The notes: a model not told the origin generated them from the sequence alone. A stretch of 27,887 nt of DNA from Candidatus Hydrogenedentota bacterium (GCA_046583315.1 JAYGCN010000157.1:1-27887); one strand, 5' to 3'. Shown: positions 1 to 9,861, counted from the stretch's first letter. Made by a program: numbers and translations.

Positions 1-164
1 GGCGTGCTCACCCCTGAAAACACATCCGTCCGGTCAAAATACCCGCCCATCGTCGCCGGAGTAGGTGGCACGAGATTGACGCGGGATGCGCCTGCTTCGA
101 GTGCGTGGGTGGTGGTGCAGGTGACAGTTAGAACGAGTGCAAGCAGCATGGATAAAGATTTCAT
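1..164 (-). CDS. 5' part of an exported protein resembling the neutral/alkaline ceramidase N-terminal family (runs off the window)
   Basis: Not in the ORF track. Translated by hand from ATG at 164: MKSLSMLLALVLTVTCTTTHALEAGASRVNLVPPTPATMGGYFDRTDVFSGVSTP. It has a signal peptide, then an LxAG...P...MGGY..R...GV pattern typical of this family. AGGA RBS upstream. Confidence 0.7.
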   Translation of the reverse strand, partial: MKSLSMLLALVLTVTCTTTHALEAGASRVNLVPPTPATMGGYFDRTDVFSGVST

Positions 165-262
165 GGTGAGTCCTGTAGTGGTAGGCGGAATTTGTGTACA
201 CTGTACATTCTACCCCGTGCAGAGTCGAGTGAACAACAAGTTGATGGTCAAAGGAATCAGGA

Positions 263-1294
263 ATGGAATCGATACGAATTGGAATAGTTGGTCTTGGCGG
301 GATATGTCGGGATCGGCATGTGCCTGGTTTTCAGAAGATTGACGGCGTAGAAATTGTCTCGGTGGTGAATCGATCGGGGGAGTCTTCTCGTGCGGCGGCG
401 GATGCGTTTGGGATTCCGGTGGTGGATGACTCTTGGGAGGCGATGGTGGCGCGGGATGATTTGGACGCGATAGTGATCGGCACGTGGCCGTACAAACATC
501 GGGATATATCGATCGCGGCGTTGGCTTCGGGAAAACATGTGTTTTGTCAGGCGCGCATGGCGATGAATCGCGCTGAAGCCGAGGAGATGATTGGGGTGAG
601 TCGCGCGAAGGACAAGGTGGCGATGTTGTGTCCGGTTCCCTTTGGTTTGAGTATCGACAAGACGATGGTGAAGATTTTGGCGAACGGTACATTGGGTGAG
701 GTTCGGCTGGTGCGCGTGCAGAGTTTCACGGACTTGTTCGCGGCGGATGATGCGCTGGTAAATTGGCGTAAGGATCATCGCTTGTCGGGACTGAACATGC
801 ACACGCTGGGCATGTATATCGAGGTGATGCATCGGTGGTTCGGCATGACGGAATCGGTGGCGGCGACCTCGGATATTTTTGTTGAGGAACGTCCGGAGGC
901 GGATGGTGAAAGTCTCTCCATTCGGATACCCGATCAGATATTGGCGAATGCGCATATGGAAAATGGCGTGCCGGTGCAGTATACGATGAATGCGGCGGTG
1001 CCGAATGGCGCGGACCGGATAGAGATTTATGGTTCGGAGAGGACGTTGGTGTATGAGGTGTTCACGAACGAGTTTTCGTGGGTGAACATGGATGGCACGT
1101 TGTCTCCGGTAGCCATCGCGGAGGGGGATGGATATGACATACGGAACTGGCGCGTGGAGGAGGACTTTATTCGGGCTATTCGCGAGCCGGATTTTGATTA
1201 TTATCCGAGTTTCGAGGATGGATTGCAGTACATGAAAGTCGTGCAGGCGATTTATGATTCTATCGAGGGAGGAAAGGCCGTGACTATCGGATGA
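263..1294 (+). CDS. Gfo/Idh/MocA family NAD(P)-dependent oxidoreductase
   Basis: IGIVGLGGI Rossmann motif; DAIVIGTWPYKH...ALASGKHVFCQARMA, a variant of the CEKP motif. Confidence 0.9.
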   Translation: MESIRIGIVGLGGICRDRHVPGFQKIDGVEIVSVVNRSGESSRAAADAFGIPVVDDSWEAMVARDDLDAIVIGTWPYKHRDISIAALASGKHVFCQARMAMNRAEAEEMIGVSRAKDKVAMLCPVPFGLSIDKTMVKILANGTLGEVRLVRVQSFTDLFAADDALVNWRKDHRLSGLNMHTLGMYIEVMHRWFGMTESVAATSDIFVEERPEADGESLSIRIPDQILANAHMENGVPVQYTMNAAVPNGADRIEIYGSERTLVYEVFTNEFSWVNMDGTLSPVAIAEGDGYDIRNWRVEEDFIRAIREPDFDYYPSFEDGLQYMKVVQAIYDSIEGGKAVTIG

Positions 1295-3290
1295 TGAAGT
1301 ATGCGCCGTAAGTGCTGACGATCCAGCAGGCGAGGGTGGCATAGAAGAAGGGTCGGACTCGTTGCCCGATGGCCTGGTCTACGAAAACCACGCCGCGCAT
1401 GATGGCGTATGCGAAGCAGGGGAGTATCGCGAAATAGTAGGTGCCTTTGACCGCGCTGTATATGGGTGTTGTGAGATGGATGTAGAGAATCGCAAGGCTG
1501 TAGAGGATGATGCAGGTTGAAGTAAATAGGGCGATTCGGTCGTCCGGGGTGCACGGATTCCGGGGATCCGCGAGCATGCGGAGGAGCGGCGTGACGATTC
1601 CCAAACCTAACAGTACGGTAGGTAGCAACGCGAACCATGCACTGGTCATCAAGAGGGGGAGATTCCAGTATTTGCCGGGAGCATACCAACCGTCTAGCCA
1701 GAATGTTGAGTAGAGTCCGTCCCAATACCCCACGAACGCCGAGTCGACCGGGTAGCTAAGGGCTTGGCCGAATCGCAGATATTGCGCGGCTGTCCGGTAA
1801 CCGGGGTATTGCCACCATTCGTAGGTGGTGTTGTCCCACCCCGCCACGACGGGTGCCCCCAAATGATACCAGTTGCGCAGAAAATACCAGCCTGAAACGA
1901 TGAAGCAGGCCAGGGTCGCCACGGCCAGATTTTTGAACATGGTTCGACGGTTCAATTCAGAGGGCGCGTCGGTTAATCGATGGGTAACGATCATGACGAT
2001 TACGCATGGTATTACAAGAAGCGCGGTACTCATTTTTGAGAGCAATGCGAGGCCGAGGAGAATGCCTGCAATGGCGGCCTGGCGCGAGGTGGGTGGTTTA
2101 TCTTGATGGAGCAGGATGATCGCGAAGAGCACAACGCAGGCACCGGTGATACCGGCCGCAGGTTCGTCGCTGATGAAGTTGCTCATGTAGAGATTCACGG
2201 GAAGAAATGCACCGAGCAGCGTTCCGAGAATGATGTATGTCGGATTTTCAGGCATCAGCCTCTTGAAAAGTCGATAATGTACTTCGATTATGCCGAGTCC
2301 CATGAGGTAGGGAACAATTCGTATAAGTTGCTTCGCCGTGTCCTCAACGAAAAGCAGATTGAGAAGTGCGAACATCGGGGAGGCTATCAGGTAGAACAGT
2401 GGCGATCGAAAACCGAATATTCCATCCGTGGCAAGAGGCAATCGATGCTCGGTCAACAGGAATTGAAGGTAGCTGTAGTGCGCATTGATATCCATTCCAA
2501 CGTAATAATGAATACGTAGGATATTGTTGCAGGCCATGGCTAGAAACAAGGCCATGATCCACCAGCGGGCGGCCGATGGACTCGGGAGTGGTGTCGAATT
2601 CGAATTGTTCTTTGCGCGATTGAGGACGAGAAAAATCGCGAGACTTAGAACGAGGAAATAGGGGATGGCCGAAGCGCCCAGGCCGGGGGTCGTCTTGCTC
2701 AGCCACGAAGTATTCGGAAGAAGCGGCTTCATCGCATCAATTACCTTGCCGGCACCGGTGAAATCGGAAGTAAAACGCCACGAATCTTTGGAATCGGTGG
2801 AGTCCAAGGTGTACAGATCGACCGCGGGAGCGGATGCCCGCATCAAATGAGGGCCGGTATCATTTTGCACGGTTATGCGCAGGGTGTTTTTGCCGGGGAC
2901 GAGAAAGGGCGCGATATCGATTCGCCTTTGAGTGAACAATTCGTCCGGCGATGTGGCCTCAGAATCCAGCGCGTGTGATCCATTGACCTCGACCTGCACG
3001 TCGCGAAATACCTCGACCGTGAGCGGAACTTCGGCGGGAACCGTGTCCAGCGAGAAGGTTCGCACATACGTGACCCTGCGGTCTTTATTCAATCTCGCAC
3101 CCGGATCGGGGGGAATGAAAGGATGAATCCACCGAGCCGTTCCTTCATTCGCGATCCAGTGGACGTCGGGTCGGGTGATGCCTCTACAGACGGTTGCTGT
3201 GATCAGGAGAAGGATGAGAGGAATAAATATTGCTGCGACGGTACGCCGACTGGTCACCGTCGGATTCGATTTGAGACTGGATTGAGACAT
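1284..3290 (-). CDS. Multi-pass membrane glycosyltransferase (GT-C fold, ArnT/PMT-like) with an N-terminal extracytoplasmic beta-sandwich domain
   Basis: Many TM segments; D..AHYSY...LP...SPLFYLI, SDE, GLALLSK and GWYFLRNW motifs; VEVNG...DIAPFLVPGKNTLRITVQN jelly-roll pattern. 3' end overlaps the convergent gene by 11 bp. Confidence 0.75.
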   Translation of the reverse strand: MSQSSLKSNPTVTSRRTVAAIFIPLILLLITATVCRGITRPDVHWIANEGTARWIHPFIPPDPGARLNKDRRVTYVRTFSLDTVPAEVPLTVEVFRDVQVEVNGSHALDSEATSPDELFTQRRIDIAPFLVPGKNTLRITVQNDTGPHLMRASAPAVDLYTLDSTDSKDSWRFTSDFTGAGKVIDAMKPLLPNTSWLSKTTPGLGASAIPYFLVLSLAIFLVLNRAKNNSNSTPLPSPSAARWWIMALFLAMACNNILRIHYYVGMDINAHYSYLQFLLTEHRLPLATDGIFGFRSPLFYLIASPMFALLNLLFVEDTAKQLIRIVPYLMGLGIIEVHYRLFKRLMPENPTYIILGTLLGAFLPVNLYMSNFISDEPAAGITGACVVLFAIILLHQDKPPTSRQAAIAGILLGLALLSKMSTALLVIPCVIVMIVTHRLTDAPSELNRRTMFKNLAVATLACFIVSGWYFLRNWYHLGAPVVAGWDNTTYEWWQYPGYRTAAQYLRFGQALSYPVDSAFVGYWDGLYSTFWLDGWYAPGKYWNLPLLMTSAWFALLPTVLLGLGIVTPLLRMLADPRNPCTPDDRIALFTSTCIILYSLAILYIHLTTPIYSAVKGTYYFAILPCFAYAIMRGVVFVDQAIGQRVRPFFYATLACWIVSTYGAYFIIR

Positions 3291-3348
3291 GTACGAAATG
3301 ACTTACCATCCACGTTGAACTTTTGAAGCGCGTAAACTTGAATTGTTC

Positions 3349-5163
3349 CTAGGCTTCCTCGGATTCGATTTCCTCGCCGGGATTGATGAAACGGTTCATC
3401 TCGAATTTGTATTGTTTGTCGTAGAGTTGTTTGTAGCGTCCCTCGATGGCGAGCAATTCCGCGTGCGTGCCGCGCTCGACGATTTCACCGTGTTCGAGCA
3501 CGAGAATCTGGTCGGCGGACTGAATGGTGGACAAGCGGTGAGCAATGACGAATGAGGTGCGTCCCTCGCGAAGTGATTCCAAGCCGTCCTGGATTTTCGC
3601 TTCCGATTCCGAGTCGAGCGAGGCGGTCGCTTCATCGAGGATGAGCAATTTCGGATCGGCGAGGATGGCCCGCGCAATGGCGACGCGCTGGCGCTGCCCG
3701 CCCGATAGTTTCACGCCGCGTTCGCCGACGACGGTATCGAAACCGTCTTCGAAACCGTCCACGAATTCGTCGCAGTGAGCGATTTTGCTGACTTGGCGAA
3801 CCTCGTCCATGGTGGAATCGGGCCGGGAGTAACGAATGTTGTCGGCAATGGTGCCTTCGAAGAGGAAGTTGTCCTGCATGACCACGCCGAGCTTGGATCG
3901 GTAGTCTTTGAGTTTTACGGAGGTGATGTCGCGTCCGTCAATGGTGATGGTGCCGGAATTGGCGTAGTGGAAGGCCATGACAAGGCCGATGAGCGTCGAT
4001 TTTCCCGAACCACTGGAGCCTACGAGCGCGGTCGTTGTGCCGGCGGGTGCCTCAAAGGATACGCCGTTGAGCACGGGTTTATCCTCCTCGTATTCGAAGA
4101 AGACATCCTCGAATACGATGTCGCCATTGATGGTCTCCAGGGCATCTAGATCGTCGTCCTTCTCGCCTTCGGTCGTCATGCTACGAATTTCGCGGATTCG
4201 GTCGAGTCCCGCAAAGGCGTCCGTGATTTGCGTGCCGATGTTGGCCATGTTGATGAGAGGCGAGGCCATCATTCCGGTCAGCGCGATGTAGGTAATGAGC
4301 GCTTCAAGATCGAAATCGTTATTCGGGTCCATAGCGGCATTCCCGCCGACGATCATGACAACTATGGACAAGGCACCAATGACTACCGTGGAAATAGCGG
4401 TTACTGCGGCGACACCTGTGAGGGATGATGCAACGTTTTCGTAGAGCCTCTGGGCATTGTTCGCAAAAATTTCGTCCTCGTGGTCTTCTGCCGTGTAGGC
4501 TTTTACCACACGGATGCCCCCCATGCTTTCGGTGAGACGTCCGGTGACATCGGCGGTGATTTCGCCGCGTACCCGGAAGAGGGGGCGCAATTTGGCGAAG
4601 GCAAAAAACATGACTCCCGCGAAGATTCCGAGCACAAGCAGGCTAATGAGGGTGAGCTGCCAGAAATACCAGAAGAGAAATCCAAAAGCGACGATGATCG
4701 TGACGATGCCGCCGATCAGCTGGGTGACACCGGTACCAACAAGATTTCGGATGCCTTCAGGGTCGTTCATCACGCGGGATATAAGTACGCCGGATTTTGT
4801 GTTGTCGAAGTAGCTCGTCGGAAGACGCGTGACGTGTTGTTGTACGGTCTTGCGCATTTCCATGATGGCGTGTTGCGCGGATACGCTGAGAATTTTCGAG
4901 AGGAGAAACGAGGTGATGGATTGAACCACCGTGGCGATGGCCAAGTATAGGGTTACCGTTTTTATCCGGTCCACATCGCCCTCGGTTAAGCTACCGACGA
5001 AAGGTCCAAAACTGAACGGCAATACAAAGGCGGCACCGCGATTTAGCGCCAACAGGAAAAGTCCAAGCGCCAGACGGCTCCGGTGCGCCCACATGAGGTC
5101 GCGCGCTTCACCCCAGGCCTCGCCCCAATTCATTTTCTTTTTCTTCTTATCATCATTGGCCAT
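3349..5163 (-). CDS. ABC exporter, fused permease and ATP-binding domains (MsbA/MdlB-like)
   Basis: N-terminal TM domain; Walker A GSSGSGKS, signature LSGGQRQR, Walker B LILDEAT, H-loop IAHRLST. Confidence 0.95.
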   Translation of the reverse strand: MANDDKKKKKMNWGEAWGEARDLMWAHRSRLALGLFLLALNRGAAFVLPFSFGPFVGSLTEGDVDRIKTVTLYLAIATVVQSITSFLLSKILSVSAQHAIMEMRKTVQQHVTRLPTSYFDNTKSGVLISRVMNDPEGIRNLVGTGVTQLIGGIVTIIVAFGFLFWYFWQLTLISLLVLGIFAGVMFFAFAKLRPLFRVRGEITADVTGRLTESMGGIRVVKAYTAEDHEDEIFANNAQRLYENVASSLTGVAAVTAISTVVIGALSIVVMIVGGNAAMDPNNDFDLEALITYIALTGMMASPLINMANIGTQITDAFAGLDRIREIRSMTTEGEKDDDLDALETINGDIVFEDVFFEYEEDKPVLNGVSFEAPAGTTTALVGSSGSGKSTLIGLVMAFHYANSGTITIDGRDITSVKLKDYRSKLGVVMQDNFLFEGTIADNIRYSRPDSTMDEVRQVSKIAHCDEFVDGFEDGFDTVVGERGVKLSGGQRQRVAIARAILADPKLLILDEATASLDSESEAKIQDGLESLREGRTSFVIAHRLSTIQSADQILVLEHGEIVERGTHAELLAIEGRYKQLYDKQYKFEMNRFINPGEEIESEEA

Positions 5164-5247
5164 AACGGAAATCGGCTCCCTGGTGGATTTTGAGTCGAAC
5201 TACTGTATCATAGCATTGAAGTTGATGGCGATTGTGGAGGTAACCGC

Positions 5248-6051
5248 GTGAGACCGTATTGTATTCAATCTATCGGGTTTGGACTTCTATGTGCAGTGTT
5301 GGTTTCGGTCGCGAATGTTCAGGCGGCGGATGACCTGATCGTGGTCGCGCACCGTGGCGTTGTGACAGATACGATTCCCGAGAACAGTTTAGCTTCGCTG
5401 GAAGAGACGATTCGGCGGGGTTACACCCATATTGAGGTGGATCTGCGCGTGACGAAAGACGGCGTGATTGTCGTGTTGCATGACGGGAGCCTCAAACGCA
5501 CCGCCGGCGTGTCGAAACGGATCACGGATGTGACCGTGAAGGAATTGCACGAACTGGTGTCGCCGGATTTGGTGCCGACGTTGGAGATGTTCTGCAAAGC
5601 CAGCGCGAACCGGATCGAGCTGATGCCAGACATCAAAGGCGTTCCGGAAGGAAAGGAAAAGGAGTTCGCCGGGCAGATGGAGGGGCTGTTGTCGCATTAC
5701 GGACTGCTGGCAAACGCGCTGTTCATCGGCAAAAAGGAGATTCATGAATACATCGTGAGTCCGCGACGTATCGCCACGAGGGATTCCGTGGATCAGGTGA
5801 AAGGAAAAATCGCGGATGATCCCGATTTCGTGGACGGTCACTTTATCTTCGGACACGCGGACGATTTCAACGCTGAAAACGTGAAAGCCTACCGATCGAT
5901 GGGGCTACAGGTCATCGTAAGTGTCAACCTGCTCCACTACAAAGTCGATGAAGCCCAGGCCCGCGGCCTGAAGGACACCGCAGCCATGATCGCCCTCGGC
6001 GTGGACGGCGTGCAGATTGATTCGGTGTATGAGGCGGCGCTCGGATATTGA
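5248..6051 (+). CDS. Exported glycerophosphodiester phosphodiesterase family protein
   Basis: Signal peptide ending VQA; VAHRG, PENSL, IEVDLRVTKDG..VVLHD and GVDGVQID motifs; GGAGG RBS before a GTG start. Confidence 0.88.
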   Translation: MRPYCIQSIGFGLLCAVLVSVANVQAADDLIVVAHRGVVTDTIPENSLASLEETIRRGYTHIEVDLRVTKDGVIVVLHDGSLKRTAGVSKRITDVTVKELHELVSPDLVPTLEMFCKASANRIELMPDIKGVPEGKEKEFAGQMEGLLSHYGLLANALFIGKKEIHEYIVSPRRIATRDSVDQVKGKIADDPDFVDGHFIFGHADDFNAENVKAYRSMGLQVIVSVNLLHYKVDEAQARGLKDTAAMIALGVDGVQIDSVYEAALGY

Positions 6052-6484
6052 TCGAATCGCTGTTCTAGGCGCCGATTAGTCCAAGACCAAGTACATTTCA
6101 GAACGAGGTTTGCGGTCCGAGTATGGCGGGAGAGCACAAATCCCTTGCAAATTGGTATACAAAGGGATAATATATATGCGAACGGTTGGATTGTTTTATG
6201 TCAATATTGCGAATTTTGTGTGATTTTGGCTATACTGGCTGTTTTCCTGCGCTCACCTGTCGTGGCTGCGAAACGTGAGCGGTGGAACATGTATCGTTTT
6301 TTTCTGTTTCACCTGTGCAATATCCCTATCTTGAAACAGAGCTTATAATAGAAAATGTAACCTAATCCTGTTGTGTCGCCGCTGAAGGCGATTGAGGCAG
6401 GAACGAACCCGCGTCGGTTGGTCTAAACGGTTGTGCTTTTGAGCAGGCCATTGGAACCGAATTGATGTGTACAGTGGAGGCGTC

Positions 6485-8446
6485 ATGGCTAAACAAGATC
6501 TGAACAATGCCGCGAAAGAAAAGGCAATGGAACTCGCGGAAGACGCGCGTGAATCCGATTGGAAATTTCCGAGTTTTACCGCGGAAATATTCCGGGGTAA
6601 ATTTCGTTGGGATCTGATGCATCCCTACCCAGTCCAAACGACTGAGGATAAAAAAATTGGTGATGACTACATCGCGCAGTTGAAGGAAGTCTGTGAGAAA
6701 CATATCGACGCGACGGAAATCGATCGCACGGGTGTGTATCCTCAGGAAGCGCTTGATGCGCTGGCTGAAATCGGCACTTTCGGAATGACGATCTCCAAAG
6801 AGTATGGCGGTCTTGGATTCACAAAAGTGAATTACTGCCGTGCGCTTCAGTTTTTGGGTAGTTACTGTAACTCGACCGTGACGTGGGTTTCTGCACACCA
6901 GAGTATCGGTGCGCCTCAGCCGTTGAAATTATTCGGCACGGAAGAGCAGAAGAAAAAGTATTTGCCGCGTATGGCTGCGGGTGAAATTTCCGCGTTTGCG
7001 TTGACCGAACCGGATGTTGGTTCTGATCCCGCGAAGATGGGCATGACCGCCGTGCTCACGGAAGACGGCGAGCATTACATCCTGAACGGTACGAAGCTGT
7101 GGATCACGAATGGCCCGGCTGCGGGTATTCTGGTTGTGATGGCAAACATTCCCGGCAAGATTGTGAACGGGAAAGAGCGCATGCAGATTTCGACCTTTAT
7201 TGTTGAAAAAGGCACTCCTGGTTTCGAGACCGAACACATCTGTGACTTCACCGGTATTCGCGGGATCATGAACGGTGTGTTGACGTTTAAGGATGTGAAG
7301 ATTCCTGCGGAGAACATCGTGGGTAAACCGGGTGAAGGGCTTAAGATTGCGCTAACGACCCTGAATACAGGGCGTTTGGGCATGCCGGCTTCTTCCACGG
7401 GTGGCGCTAAACTCGTGGTACGTGAGCTGGAAAAGTGGATTAACGAGCGCATTCAGTGGGGCGTGCCGATTGGTAAACACCAGGCGATTGCGAAGTATTC
7501 CGCGAATATTACAGCGCAAACCTACGCGATGGAATCGATGGTATGGCTGACCTGCTCCTGGGCGGATAAGGGCAACGCGGACATTCGTCTCGAAGCGGCC
7601 GCGGCCAAATTATTCTGTACCGAAGCGTCGAATGCGCTTGTGGACGATTTCGTGCAGGTACGCGGCGGACGTGGTTTTGAAACGGCTGAGTCGTTGCATG
7701 GTCGCGGTGACCGTCCGGTACCGGCGGAACGTTGGTTGCGCGATTCGCGTATCGGACGTATCTTCGAAGGTTCGACTCAGGTGATGTATCTCATCATGGG
7801 TCGTGAAGCGATGGACACCCATTTCAAATTGGTGATGCCGTTACTTCAGCCCAAGCCGAATCAGAAGAAATCGAAGATGGAATTGGTCATCAATGCAGCG
7901 AAGTTCTATACCCGATGGGTGCCGTCGCTGTTCATTCCGTCGTCTCAGTCGTACAATGTGAAATATTTGAGCCCGTCGAATTCTCAGCACCTTCCGTATA
8001 TCGAAAAAACCAGCCGGAAGTTGGCTTTCCGTCTGTTGCTGACAATGGCGAAGTACAAAGAACAGCTTGAGTATGAGCAGGTACTTCTTGCGAACTTCGT
8101 GGACATTGGTGTAGATCTGTTTGCGATGGCTTCTGCGTTGGCCATGACTGAATCCAGAATTGCTGCGAATCCGAATGATCAGACGCCTCAGGAAGTTTGC
8201 GACCTGTTCTGTAAAAACGCACGGCAGCGCATCAAGGCGAACTTCCGCGCGGTACGCGATCACCACAATTCAGATTACGATAGCGTGACAGAAACGTTGA
8301 TGAAGGGTGGATTCGAGTGGATGTATGACGAAGGCATATTCCTGGATACGCCGCCGGAATTCACGGGTCCCTCGATTCATCGTAAGACGAAAGAAGATCC
8401 CTTGTTGATGACGGAAGAGGCTGAAGAGCCTGTACCGGCAAAATAA
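6485..8446 (+). CDS. Acyl-CoA dehydrogenase, long VLCAD/ACAD9-like type with C-terminal extension
   Basis: SAHQSIG, AFALTEPDVGSD, NGTKLWITNG, LNTGR, GGRGFE, and RIFEGS with the catalytic Glu. Start moved to ATG 6485 after the GGAGG RBS. Confidence 0.93.
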   Translation: MAKQDLNNAAKEKAMELAEDARESDWKFPSFTAEIFRGKFRWDLMHPYPVQTTEDKKIGDDYIAQLKEVCEKHIDATEIDRTGVYPQEALDALAEIGTFGMTISKEYGGLGFTKVNYCRALQFLGSYCNSTVTWVSAHQSIGAPQPLKLFGTEEQKKKYLPRMAAGEISAFALTEPDVGSDPAKMGMTAVLTEDGEHYILNGTKLWITNGPAAGILVVMANIPGKIVNGKERMQISTFIVEKGTPGFETEHICDFTGIRGIMNGVLTFKDVKIPAENIVGKPGEGLKIALTTLNTGRLGMPASSTGGAKLVVRELEKWINERIQWGVPIGKHQAIAKYSANITAQTYAMESMVWLTCSWADKGNADIRLEAAAAKLFCTEASNALVDDFVQVRGGRGFETAESLHGRGDRPVPAERWLRDSRIGRIFEGSTQVMYLIMGREAMDTHFKLVMPLLQPKPNQKKSKMELVINAAKFYTRWVPSLFIPSSQSYNVKYLSPSNSQHLPYIEKTSRKLAFRLLLTMAKYKEQLEYEQVLLANFVDIGVDLFAMASALAMTESRIAANPNDQTPQEVCDLFCKNARQRIKANFRAVRDHHNSDYDSVTETLMKGGFEWMYDEGIFLDTPPEFTGPSIHRKTKEDPLLMTEEAEEPVPAK

Positions 8447-8469
8447 GGCTACGAATTATAGTTTGATTG

Positions 8470-8500
8470 AAGGGGATGATGGAAACATCATCCCCTTTTC
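8470..8500 (+). terminator. Rho-independent terminator after the acyl-CoA dehydrogenase
   Basis: Perfect hairpin AAGGGGATGATG-GAAA-CATCATCCCCTT followed by a T-rich tail. Confidence 0.85.
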
Positions 8501-8540
8501 TATTGGTTTGGACTCATCTCGTAATTTGACCTGATTTCGT

Positions 8541-8936
8541 GTGCGAGATATTATTCCATTGGTTGTTAACCTTAAGGAGATTCTCTTGACCGAAGTCAAA
8601 AAACTTGTGCATGTCGCACGCTGTCAAATCGCATCCATGTGGTGCATTGTTGCCATGATAGCAGCACTCTCCCTCTACGCGCTGGCAGATATTCCCCATC
8701 TGTTTTACGCGCTCGTTCCCCTCCAGATGCTCGTTACCTTGGGCGCGGCGGTGTTGCTGAAGCGTTGGATTCTTCTGGCCCTACTCATCCCGGCAGTATT
8801 CCCCTATTGGAATATGCTCGCTTTGTTGCTGGTTTCTCGAAGTGCGACAAAGGCGATTCGTGCCGAAGGTTTCTCGATTGGAATTTTCGGTGCAAAACTT
8901 TCCGAGTACGTTGAAGCCGAGGACATTCATGAATAA
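8541..8936 (+). CDS. Small membrane protein of unknown function
   Basis: About three hydrophobic segments, then ATKAIRAEGFSIGIFGAK. 3' end overlaps the next start, suggesting coupling. Start codon uncertain. Confidence 0.6.
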   Translation: MRDIIPLVVNLKEILLTEVKKLVHVARCQIASMWCIVAMIAALSLYALADIPHLFYALVPLQMLVTLGAAVLLKRWILLALLIPAVFPYWNMLALLLVSRSATKAIRAEGFSIGIFGAKLSEYVEAEDIHE

Positions 8937-9861
8937 ATATGCACGCTATGCGGAAATCACCCTTGGCATATTCTTCCTGGTTTCGGCCGGTTTGAAGGCG
9001 ATGAATGTGGACGGCTTTGGGGTGGTCATCTCGGCCTATGGCGTAATCAAGGATCCTTCATTCGTGCGCGCTGCGGCTTATGCGTCACTAGCGGTTGAAA
9101 CCGCCTTGGGTGCCGCATTCATTTGGGGTTGGCGATACAAAAACCTATCCTTTATTGGCTCCACGGCATTGACGTTGGTTTTCAGCGGACTCATCTTGTA
9201 TGCCTGGCAGGTGAACGGCCTCGAGGACTGCGGGTGTTTCGGCGATTACATCAAGATGAATCCGCCGCAGTCACTGGCAAAGAACGCCGTGTTGATAGCC
9301 ATTATCGTCGGCACAGCCTATGGCCTTCGAGATTCCGAGGGCGAAGCCTTCAAACCGGGGATTCCTGCGCGATTGATCTCACGGTTCGGAGTCGGTCTCG
9401 TGGTAGGCATCACCATTTTCGCCAATCTGAGCGCTCCTGACAAACCGACCGTTGCGGTTCAGATTGATGCCACAAAGGATCTGTCGATTCAGTTTACATC
9501 GGGCAGCCAAGAGGTTGACCTGGGCATCGGACAGCATCTCGTCGTATTTCTGAATACTGAATGCGAACATTGCATGGCATCGGTGCCGGGGCTAAATGAA
9601 TTGGACGCGGACGACACCCTGCCGCCAATGACCGCGCTGATGTTGGGTGATGAGGATAAGCTGGACATCTTCCTGTTGGAGACGGAACCGACGTTTCGTA
9701 TGCAGCTGATGGAGAATTTGACCTGGATGTCGTTCATAGAGACCGCGCCGCCCATCATGTATTTCGTTGATGACGGTGTGTTTCAAGAGACATGGGAATG
9801 GGAGGATGATCCGCCTTCGCTGGACGAGGTGTCCGCAACGGTAGCATCCCCGGCGCCATGA
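8929..9861 (+). CDS. MauE/DoxX-like membrane domain fused to a thioredoxin-like domain
   Basis: FLVSAGLKA, ETALG, DCGCFGD and KN motifs of MauE-type proteins; C-terminal FLNTECEHC (CxxC) and a later TAPP cis-Pro-like motif. Start at ATG 8929 after GAGGA. Confidence 0.82.
   Translation: MNKYARYAEITLGIFFLVSAGLKAMNVDGFGVVISAYGVIKDPSFVRAAAYASLAVETALGAAFIWGWRYKNLSFIGSTALTLVFSGLILYAWQVNGLEDCGCFGDYIKMNPPQSLAKNAVLIAIIVGTAYGLRDSEGEAFKPGIPARLISRFGVGLVVGITIFANLSAPDKPTVAVQIDATKDLSIQFTSGSQEVDLGIGQHLVVFLNTECEHCMASVPGLNELDADDTLPPMTALMLGDEDKLDIFLLETEPTFRMQLMENLTWMSFIETAPPIMYFVDDGVFQETWEWEDDPPSLDEVSATVASPAP

Noticed and set aside
195..207. TGTACA-C-TGTACA palindrome and recurrent (T)ACTGTA words in divergent spacers (also near 5201 and 25352)
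   Set aside because: No CTGT-N8-ACAG LexA box. The reverse complement TACAGT is more simply a -10-like hexamer, and the motif is too short to call an operator.
257..1342. Long antisense ORFs (361 aa and 160 aa) opposite the oxidoreductase
   Set aside because: His/Arg/Pro-rich shadows of a real gene with biased codon usage; no motifs. The same applies to the many antisense or alternate-frame ORFs over the ABC, moeA, AKR, DUF1501 and DUF1553 genes.
3947..3957. 11-bp match (ATGGTGCCGGA) to the tRNA-Leu 3' end as a possible att site
   Set aside because: Short, inside an intact ABC gene, with no integrase nearby; the enclosed region includes core ribosomal genes.
6145..6348. 67-aa ORF in the AT-rich intergenic region
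   Set aside because: TTG start, no recognisable features, and it overlaps promoter-like sequence; not supportable as a gene.
6380..6430. GCTGAA, GAACCCG and GGTCTAA words recalling c-di-AMP, glycine or c-di-GMP-I riboswitches
   Set aside because: Only isolated words match; the required spacing and other conserved elements are missing, so no known riboswitch is called.
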